A stretch of 64,000 nucleotides of DNA from contig JBHGNT010000010.1 of the NCBI GenBank assembly GCA_043228905.1, positions 21,328,001-21,392,000 of the forward strand, read 5' to 3'. Below are positions 54,581 to 64,000 of this stretch, one piece after another; positions within the stretch are counted from its first letter, which is position 1, and each line of letters starts with the position of its first letter. The notes beneath the pieces are model-generated. The model searched no databases. It worked only from the letters and a program-made list of their open reading frames with translations, and was not told the DNA's origin. Source of the stretch: Azolla caroliniana (lineage: Eukaryota > Plantae > Polypodiophyta). Made by a program: the position numbers and the translations under genes.

Positions 54581-57064
54581 ATGTCAACAAACAACTTTCT
54601 TGGTGGTACTCTATCAGAACGAACAACAATTTTAGGACTAAGATTATGGGCGGCCATCAGTATTGGAGTGGGTGGTTTTATTCTTCTCATTCTAGTTTTG
54701 CTCATGCTATGGTTGGTTTTAAGAAGAGCATCCAACAGGGTATCAGCATCAGAACAATCATGTGTCAGTAGTATACATACGGTTTTCAAAGACATAAAAG
54801 AAGTAGATGTTGTTCACCATCACCAAAGTCAGACCTCTTGCCATCTTAAGCTGAGAGATCACTTCTTAATTCCGAACACGTTCACAGACACTGAAAATGA
54901 GATTGTAATGTTTGGATTTGAATATGCAAAAGAACCAAGTTTCAAGATCATCATAAAAGGGGAGAAGCCCCTTGAGGATGATAATCCTCTGAATTATTAC
55001 AGTGACGAAAAGGATGAACTTCACCTGTCAGGACATGAAGATGATAATGAAAACCATTGTGGAGAAAATCATGATTATGGCTATACGAGCAATGGTGCAT
55101 CTTGTAGTAGCTCTGTGAAGAAAGAAGTGGATGTAGGCCCTTTGGTATACTCTAGCGAAAGGAGGAAGGACAGCTTTTCTGCTAGCGGTCACTTGGCTTT
55201 TACTTTTTCTTTCGGTAGAATTCCAGAAAATCTACTATCAGGATGGGGCCATTGCTATGGGCTCTCTGAAATTGAAATAGCCACCAATCACTTTGCAGAT
55301 AGCAGCATCCTTGGAAAAGGTGGTTATGGAGTTGTATATCAAGGATTACTACCTAATGGCTCCATGATAGCTGTGAAAAAACTTCTTAATAATAGGTATG
55401 ATCTCCACGCTGAAGTACAGTTTTACATGGTTTACAACAATTAAATTTCATGGTTTTTTGAGGTGGCCATCACATGCACGTTTTCATGTTGACAGGGGTC
55501 AAGCTGAAAAAGAGTTCAGAATAGAAGTAGAGACCATAGGCCGCATACGACACAAAAACCTTGTTCTTCTCCTTGGATACTGTGTAGAAGGGTCTAAAAG
55601 GTAAAACATTGCTCCAAGTCTCAACAGTCTTCCATCAATTGCAAAAGTGCATAAAAGATCTAACTTGGTTCTGTGTAATGAGGATATATACCAGGATGCT
55701 TGTCTATGAGTATGTTGACAATGGGAACTTGCAACAATGGCTTCATGGGACATTAGGAGAGAAAGAACCCCTCACATGGGATAACCGAATGAAGATAATC
55801 TTTCAAACAGCAAAAGGGTAAGCTCAGAACTGATCATGCTGATTTATATTGTTGAATTGACTAGGTGTATATAACAATTTAACTATGCCTGATGAGAAGA
55901 TAGCATATTTTCAACTGAGGAAATCATTATCTTGTCCTCATATTTTATGTTAGAGTGCACCGAGAGAAAGGTATGGCTCAGTCTTACTTATGAATCCCTT
56001 GAGCAGATTGGCATATTTGCATGAGGACCTCGATCCCAAAGTTGTTCATCGTGATGTGAAATCAAGCAATATCTTATTAGACAAGAATTGGAATGTCAAA
56101 ATCTCGGATTTCGGTCTTGCAAAGCTTCTTGGTGTCGGAATCAGCTATATAATGACAAGAGTGATGGGTACTTTTGGGTATTCTTAATGACTCTACAACA
56201 ACCATCATTAAATTTTACATCTATGAAGGGACTGTACTCAGTGAACTAATTATTACTATTTATTGTCTTCCGTTCTTAGATATGTTGCACCCGAGTATGC
56301 AAGCACTGGCTTGCTAACAGAAAAGAGTGATGTCTATAGCTTCGGAGTTCTTATGATGGAAGTTATCACAGGGAAAGATCCTGTTGATCACGACAGGCCA
56401 ACCGGAGAGGTAACGACCATATTTCTATTTCTTTGGAACCAGTTGATGCAATTATATAGCAGGGAATGTATTGTTTTCCCTCCGTATTTGATACATTTAT
56501 GGAACTCACCACCTTAAGGTTCCTGTAATTAAGAATAATTAGTTTCTAAGAGATGCTTGTTGAAATTGTAGTTATTTTGGCTGTATTATTGTCTCAATTT
56601 TGGAACATTTCCTAGCAAATATCATGAATTGGAAAAACAAATGTGACTAGAGCTCACTCAACCATACCAATTAATTTCTTCCAACATTCCACAAGAAGGA
56701 AATAGCGGTTGAACTATTGCGCTTCTAGTGGTGTTGGATTAGTTATATGGATGCATAAAGAGCATCTCGATTTCTTCAGCAAAAATAGATCTTGAAGGAT
56801 GGATGAAGGGAATGATTGATTTTGTTTCTACTCTAGGTGAATTTGGTTGATTGGATGAAAGTTATGATTGCGAATCGTCGATTTGAAGAGGTGATTGATG
56901 AAAGACTTACTGAAAAGCCATCTGCACGAGCTTTGAAGCGGGCACTTCTTGTGGCTTTGAAGTGTGTAGATCCGGATGCTATAAAAAGACCTACAATGGG
57001 CTACGTCGTACACATGCTTGAGACAGATGATTGTCACATTCATGGTCCAAGGAAACCTGTCTAG
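54581..57064 (+). CDS. RLCK-V-type receptor-like Ser/Thr kinase (At1g01540-like), 523 aa, 6 coding exons
   Basis: Exons 54581-55395, 55496-55600, 55695-55817, 56007-56177, 56280-56409, 56837-57064. N-terminal [21 protein letters not shown] plus TM; [48 protein letters not shown]. Probable 5'UTR intron 53979-54509. Confidence 0.95.
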
Positions 57065-57779
57065 CTTCCTTTTTATTAAGATCATGATCAATATGAAAAT
57101 GCTTGCATTGTGAAGTTGTGGAACAATTGGGAAATAACTTGTATAACATGTGATAAAAACACAACTTTGTTCTGTCGAAGGGGTGCCGCAAAATGCTTTG
57201 TACATGATGGATTGAAACGACCTGTTTCACAAGCTCTGTTTAAAAGATGTCGAAATGCAGAAAGCTATATCATTTTCATATCCATGTGTCTATATTCTAC
57301 AGAGGCACACAATCACAATGGGAGGGATGAGATATCTGACCATCTCTTCGAAGATTTGAAGAAGGCATAAAGCTGGATGTCTAACGTTCATCTGTATATG
57401 TATCCACTTCATGAAGGCTGCTGCTGGCACGAAGAATCAATGAGGGGTAGCAAAGTCTCAATGTAGTCAATTGTAAAAAAAAAAAAGGATGTAGCTGCAA
57501 GTATTATCCTAGTTTATGAGATGCTCTGCCCCTATTAATTTGTACTCTCCACCTCTTTGTAATTATTATATATAATTAATCTTTGATCTAAGCTGGTTTC
57601 ATATGAGGTTATGCTATACTCTGACTCTATTAATTTGTACCCTCCACCTCTATTTGTAATTGGTGTATTTTTTTAATCTTTAATCTAACGTTGGCTTCAT
57701 ATCAGGTGATACTTATAACTTTGGTCTCGTATGATTTATGAGACTCAACTCTTCCATTGACTACATCCTTATATGATGT

Positions 57780-58240
57780 TGCTTTGTTGAAAAAGCAAAG
57801 ACACAAAATAAGCAAATGTATAATGCTTTGTAGATTTCGATGAGGCCTTTGATATTGTCTATACTAGGGGAATGTCTGCTACAAAGACATTGTGCACTCA
57901 AAATTCTGTCTTGCATGATGTGGCCTATGTATGCACTATATGAACAAATGTTGGGACAAGGTAGGTGCCCAATTGGGTCTTTAAGAGGTTATCACAAGTA
58001 TCATTGGTAGGGTGGAATTTCCCTAACTTATGATATCAATGGGCACAAATGAGTGTGTGGTTCATGTGTTATTCTTATATGTGTTGGACTCTTTGCTCAT
58101 GAAGAGGTGGTATAAATCCCAATGTTGTGCTTCATCATAAGTTCACCAGCTTTTATGGCATGCATAGGTCTAAATTTGCTTGAGATAGATAGGAATTGTT
58201 TTAATATCAATGAGAGACCAATTGTGATCTATGAGATGGG
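57780..58240 (+). mobile_element. degraded LINE reverse-transcriptase fragment
   Basis: CFVDFDEAFDIV (LINE RT D-x-x-K-A-F-D motif) at about 57825-57860, followed by YALYEQMLGQGRCP. Frameshifted. Confidence 0.65.
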
Positions 58241-58498
58241 GACTTGCCCCATGGCGAGGATCGAACTTACTAGCAAAGTGATTTTCTAGACAAGGATATA
58301 GAAGTTTATAACGATTGTGTGGCATGCCGATTCCTCTTCTAACATGGGTGACCTTGTATTATTTGTAGTATTAATTGCGCTACACGTATATTCATTTTTT
58401 GCCTTTTTATGATCCACCACGTTACGCATATAATCTATCAAATTTGGCATCAATGTTGGTATCCATATTGCTTAATTAGGGCCATCTAGAGCTCTAAT

Positions 58499-58570
<72 letters not shown>

Positions 58571-58790
58571 GCGTGAGCATTGTATCTTTTGTAGTATGTA
58601 TGTGTATGGAGAAAAAAGCAAGAAAAGCACACACATACATATCCATATCATTGTACATATCTTAGTATCTTCAAATCTTGGGCATAAATGCAAAGTATTA
58701 GACTATAGTGATTAGCACGCACATAAACATATGTACTGATATGATAAGCAATGCCCACTTAATTCTTGTGGTAAGTAGTACTACCTAATA

Positions 58791-61700
58791 ATGAGATTGG
58801 CGTCATGTCCTCCACAAAGACAGGGCTCTTCCGGAGTAGGCTCCGCATTGATCCTTCCAAATTCTGCGACAATCGACACCTGTAAGGTAAGCATTGCCCG
58901 TGTGTGTGTCTCTGCATATATATATTTATAATTTTGCTCGCTTCTTCCATCACAGATAATCCCTAAGGTCCCCGACTTCAGGCATCACAAAACAGGCAAG
59001 CTACTATGTATCAATGGAACTGGCAATCATCCTTTCATCAAAGAAAAATTAAAAGATGTCGGCTTAGTTGATTCTACAGTTAAGATCCTTGATGATGATG
59101 ATGACGTGCTCTCAAAAGTTGAGCTTCATGATCAAGTTAGGGTTTTGAACCTCATCAAGTCATGCCGAAAAGAAAAGAACATAGTGAGAGCACGAAAGAT
59201 ACATGCTCGTATTGTTGAGGAAAACTTGATTTCAAAAAATGTATATATTGCGACTGCCCTCATTACAACTTTTGCCAAATGTGGTGCATTGAGAGAAGCA
59301 CATGAGGTATTTGACCAACTTCCGGTTCGAGATGTGTTCTCTTGGAGTGCTCTTATTGGTGGATATGCCCAAAATAAACTCGGTGATGAAGCATTGGTAT
59401 GCTTTAAGGAGATGCATGATGCTGGTATTAGGCCAAATGGGGTAACTTATATAAACGTCTTGAAAGCTTGTGGCATTGTGGGGTCTATAGAGATAGGGGC
59501 AGAAATAGATGTCGAGGTTAGAAGAAAAGGGTTATTGGAGAAAGATGTTGTGCTTGGCACCGCATTGGTGGACATGTATTGTAAATGTGGATTATTGGAG
59601 AAAGCGCAAGAAGTGTTCGAGAAACTTCCAAAGCGGAATGTTGTAACTTGGAGTGCCCTCATTGCTGGATATGCCCAGAATGGGCTCGGGGATGAAGCTT
59701 TGAAATGTTTCAAACGAATGAAAGATGCCAGAGTCTGTCCGAATTCTGTAACCTATATTGGTGTTGTGAAAGCTTGTAGCATTCTGGGTTCTCTCGATGT
59801 TGGGGAAGATGTATATGTTGAGGTAAAAAGACAAGGATTCTTGCAAAAAGATGTTGTGCTTGGAAATGCAATGGTGGACATGTATGCTAAGTGCGGTGAA
59901 ATGGAAAAAGCACGGGAAGTGTTTATGCAGCTTCAAGTACAGAATGCTGTGTCTTGGAATACCTTGATTGCAGGATATGCCCAAAACGGGCTCAGTGATG
60001 AAGCTTTGACATGTTTTAACCAGATGAAAGATGCAAAAGTCTGTCCAGACGTGGTGACATACATCTGCATTTTGAAAGCTTGTGGCATGGTGGGGTCTCT
60101 CAAAATAGGAGAAATTATAAACTCAGAAGTTAGGAAACAAGATTTGGAGAAGGATGTCATGATTGGCACTGCATTAGTGGACATGTATGCCAAGTGTAAC
60201 GCACTGGAGAAAGCAAGAGAAGTATTTGATGAGCTCATGTTACATGATGTCATATCTTGGAATGCCCTGATTTCTGGATATGTCCACCATGGATTGGGGG
60301 GTGAAGCATTGAAATGCTTCAGAAAGATGAAAGATTCAGGAGTTTGTCCAGATCAAGTAACTTATGTTTCCAGTTTAAAAGCATGTGGCATTATGGGGTC
60401 TCTAGAAATTGGGGAAGATATAGCTGCTGATGTCAGAAAGAAAGGGCTATTCCCAAAAGATATCATGCTTGGCAATGCATTAGTGGATATGTATTCCAAG
60501 TGCAGTGCACTCGAAAAAGCACAAGATGTGTTTGATCAGCTTCCATTTAGAGATGTTGTGTCTTGGAATGCCCTGATTTCTGGATACGTTAAAAATGGGA
60601 TTGGTGATGAAGCATTGAAGTGCTTCAGACAGATGCAAAATGCAGGGATTACCCCCGATGCTGTAACTTACATCTGCATTGCCAAGGCTTGTGGCATTGT
60701 GGGATCTCTAGATCTTGGGGAAAGGATAGATGCTGATGTGAGAAAGCAAAGGTTATTAGAGAAGGATGTGGTACTCGGCACTGCATTGGTGGACATGTAT
60801 TCCAAGTGTGGTTCATTGGAGAAAGCAAGAGAAGTGTTTGACAAACTTCCAGAACAGAACGTTGTATCTTGGAGTTCCTTGATTGCTGCATATGTCCAAA
60901 ATGGACTTGCTAATGAAGCCTTGGAATGCTTCAGACAGATGCAAAATCAAGGTGTCCATCCAAATGCAGTCAGCTATGTTAGTATCTTGAAAGCTTGTGG
61001 TATTGTAGGATCTCTAGAGATTGGGGAGGATATAGATACCGAGGTTAAGAGGCAGGGATTATTAGAGCACGATGTTGTGCTTGGCACTGCATTGGTGGAC
61101 ATGTATTCCAAATGTGGTGTGCTTGAGAAAGCACAAAAAGTGTTTGAGCATCTTCTAGTGCGGAATGTTGCAACTTGGAATGCTCTGTTGTCTGGATATG
61201 TTCTACATGGGTTTGGCGACGAAGCATTAAAATGCTTCAGAGAGATGGAAGATGCAGAAGTTTCTCCAAACAAGGTAACTTATATATGTATTTTGAAAGC
61301 ATGTAGCATTATGGGATCTGCAGATGTCGGTGTAGGTATAGATGTCAAGATCAGAAAGCAGGGGTTATTTGAGAAAGACATTGTGCTTGGGAATGCATTG
61401 ATGGACATGTACTCCAAATGTGGTGATCTAGAGAAAGCCCAAGAAGTGTTTGAGCAGCTTCCAGTGCGGGATATCGTGTCTTGGAATACTTTGCTCACTG
61501 GATATGCCCAAAATGGGCTTGGTGATCAGGCACTGAAATACTACAGACAGATGCAAACTACACGATTTACTCCAGATGCTGTAACTTACATATGTATTTT
61601 GAAGGCGTGTGGCATTCTGGGGTCTCTAGAGATAGGGATAGATATAGATGGTAAGATCAGAAAGCAAGGTTTATTGGAGAAAGATGTGGTGCTTGGCACT

Positions 61701-62255
61701 GCATTAATGGACATGTATTCTAAGTGTGGTGCATTAGAGAAAGCACAAGAAGTTTTTGCTCAGCTTCCAGAACAAAATGTTGTGACGTGGAATGCCCTGA
61801 TCTCTGCATATGGCCAACTGGGTGAAGCACATGTCATTTTGAACATCTACAATAGAATTAGGGCTGAAGAGATAGTGCCAAATTCAGTCACCTTTATGGT
61901 TTTGTTGAATGCATGTAGCCATGCAGGTCTATTGAAGGAAGGAGAAACCTTTTTTGATGAAATGTGTTTTTTCTTTTGTGTAAATCCAACAATAGAACAC
62001 TACGCCTGCATGGTTGATTTATTCGGCCGTGCAGGTCACTTTGACAGGGTAGCAACCTTGCTTGCAAACATTCACCATTCCAATCATCTTCCACTTCTCA
62101 AGAATATATTGGGTTCTTGTGGAAAATGGAGCAATGTGGAACTTGGGAGGTGGGCATTTGAGCAACTGGTACAATTAGACAAAGAGTGTGCGGCTGTGTA
62201 TGTTTGCATGGAAAATATATATGCAGCTGCTGAAATGCAAACAGAATCAGGTTGA
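58791..62255 (+). CDS. PLS-class PPR protein with E1/E2 and no DYW domain (organellar RNA-editing specificity factor), about 1131 aa
   Basis: Exon 58791-58886 (ATG...AAG|GTAAGC) splices in frame to 58956-62255. Eight P1-L1-S1 triplets of about 102 aa, then P2-L2-S2 (LLNACSHAG, IEHYACMVDLFGRAG), E1 and E2, ending ENIYAAAEMQTESG*. Confidence 0.95.
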
Positions 62256-62979
62256 AATGGGATTTTGAAAGTAGAGACGAAGCATGGTAGATACAAGTGC
62301 ATAGCCAGAAAGGGAACATGCATTCATGTGGATTAGGGCAATAAAAACGATTCTAAAAGTGGAGGGATTCATTACAGGATGCATTTGTTTGTCTTGGCCT
62401 ATCTGTAATTGCTATCTGTGCCTCTGTAATTACTAAAAATATAGGTACTTGTTATAACTCAAGCTGTGCCTATCTGTAATTACTAAGAATATAGGTACTG
62501 GTTATAACTCTTACAATTGATTCATGTATCTTTTATCAATGATAATGTCACACATTTTTCATATGTACTGACAGGTGGCAGTGTTTTTTAACATGAAAAC
62601 ATGGCATTCCTTCCACTGTAAATTACTCAAGTTACAACACACCTTGCCTTGGTTTAGTTAAGTAGCAAATATTACCAAAATTCATCAGTGGTCCATAATG
62701 TCGTAAGTAATGCAGCATCCGTAACCCACTATATTCATAATAAAGAAAAAGGTATAATAAACTAACAGAATTTGGTGTAAATTCTACTTTTTGAAATATT
62801 GTCAAACTTTTGTCTGGTAACTGATTCCTTTTATTTACTTTATTGTGTACATATTCAGATAAATGCTTTCGCGCTTATACTCTTTGTTCTAATGCTGTGA
62901 ATGATTTCTGCTCTAATGGTCACTGACTGGAGCATCAATGCTGAAGTACGAATACAAAAGAAAGCCACTTTCTTTGAAA

Positions 62980-63943
62980 TTATGTTTTTATTACTTCTGA
63001 TGACCTTGAAGGTGTGGAAACAACAAGATATGGTACATCCTTGGGAATCCTAAGAACCAGACTAGATGTGTCCCAACCAGCTTCTTTCATCTTGCGAACA
63101 AATTCAGGGTAATTGCTTCCTAATTCACAAAGACTCGTAGCCAATATGGACATCTGATTACTCAGTCTCGAAGCCCTTTCCTTTTTATGCATTGAGCTCA
63201 AGAAATCTTCTTGTGATTCTATTGAAGCCATTATCCATTCGGCTTGCCATATGGACCGCAGAATTGTTTCACTCGTGGCTCCTTCCTGGAAGAACAAGAT
63301 TTTTGGAAGGCATGAAAAAATATCTCGGACATAAATACGTGAAAATATCTCTTTCAGGTCTACTTGAAATATTACCTTGAAAAGGATTTTGATGTTCACT
63401 TTTTGCATCTCAGTTGAATCCAGTACAAGCACATGTAACTCATTTGAATACAAATCCAGAAGTGCCGTTACCTGTTCAAGAAGGTTAAAGTTATTTTTCA
63501 TTTATTTGAATCAAGATAATACTATTAGCAAGAACACAATGCATATGAAATTCACATTACACTATTGTTAGATTAGTTCTGTAAAGTATGAATTCCAGTT
63601 ATACGGAGCACCAGCAACCTAGGATTTTCCACCTTGAAAGACAGCTAAAGTTACCCATTTTTTGAATAGATGGATCATGCATACCTCAGACATGAAAATT
63701 TCACCACTTAATGCATCTCCCAAAGAACAACCTAATTGAAGGTGAGGTCTTGAAAATTGCCAAGGAAAAATAATGTTCTCCATGTTATTGCATTCAGATA
63801 CCCCTATAAACACCAACAATACACTCAGATGTTCTCCAATTCTTATGCTTAACAATCTTAAACTAGCTAGATGATCATGTACCTGGAACAGAGGAGCAAG
63901 TGACATGCATTTTTGCCATGATAAAAGCTCGCTTGAAGTTAAT
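62980..63943 (-). CDS. ROOT UVB SENSITIVE / DUF647 family protein (RUS5-like), 3' exons only
   Basis: Exons 63883-63943, 63685-63803, 63376-63471, 62980-63285 give INFKRAFIMAKMHVTCSSVPGVSECNNMENIIFPW...LLDLYSNE...FKEGATSETILRSIWQAEW...MKEAGWD, resembling the RUS C-terminus. The gene continues past the window edge. Confidence 0.8.
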
Positions 63944-64000
63944 CTATTACACGATAAGCTTGCTGAGAATACTTCATTCAACGTTACAAATTGAGTTGCA

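Noticed and set aside
59232-62323. Minus-strand ORFs across the PPR gene (likewise across RPL3, the kinase and MOS11)
   Set aside because: Antisense shadows of genuine coding frames.

Overview
AT-rich, intron-containing land-plant nuclear DNA. The PLS-PPR repeat style and the LINE/LTR debris suggest a fern or other seed-free plant (inference). Eight complete genes and one 5'-truncated gene can be spliced by hand with canonical GT-AG sites: alpha-SNAP (-), EEF1AKMT1/N6AMT2-like methyltransferase (-), 'RPL18a-like' small membrane protein (+), R2R3-MYB (-), SAP-domain MOS11/Tho1/SARNP (+), RPL3 (+), an RLCK-V receptor-like kinase (+), a PLS-E PPR protein (+) and the 3' part of a RUS/DUF647 gene (-). 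There is also a candidate orphan single-TM microprotein. Non-genic features are a decayed orphan rDNA piece (5.8S 3'-ITS2-25S 5') with a solo LTR in ITS2, a second solo LTR with a perfect TSD, Copia and LINE remnants, a two-copy MITE-like family, a perfect 109-bp-arm palindrome and many short tandem duplications. The best lead for something undescribed is a duplicated, hairpin-rich module in RPL3 intron 1. It carries a candidate poison exon and a motif apparently antisense to 25S rRNA. This remains a hypothesis, and no database searches were run.
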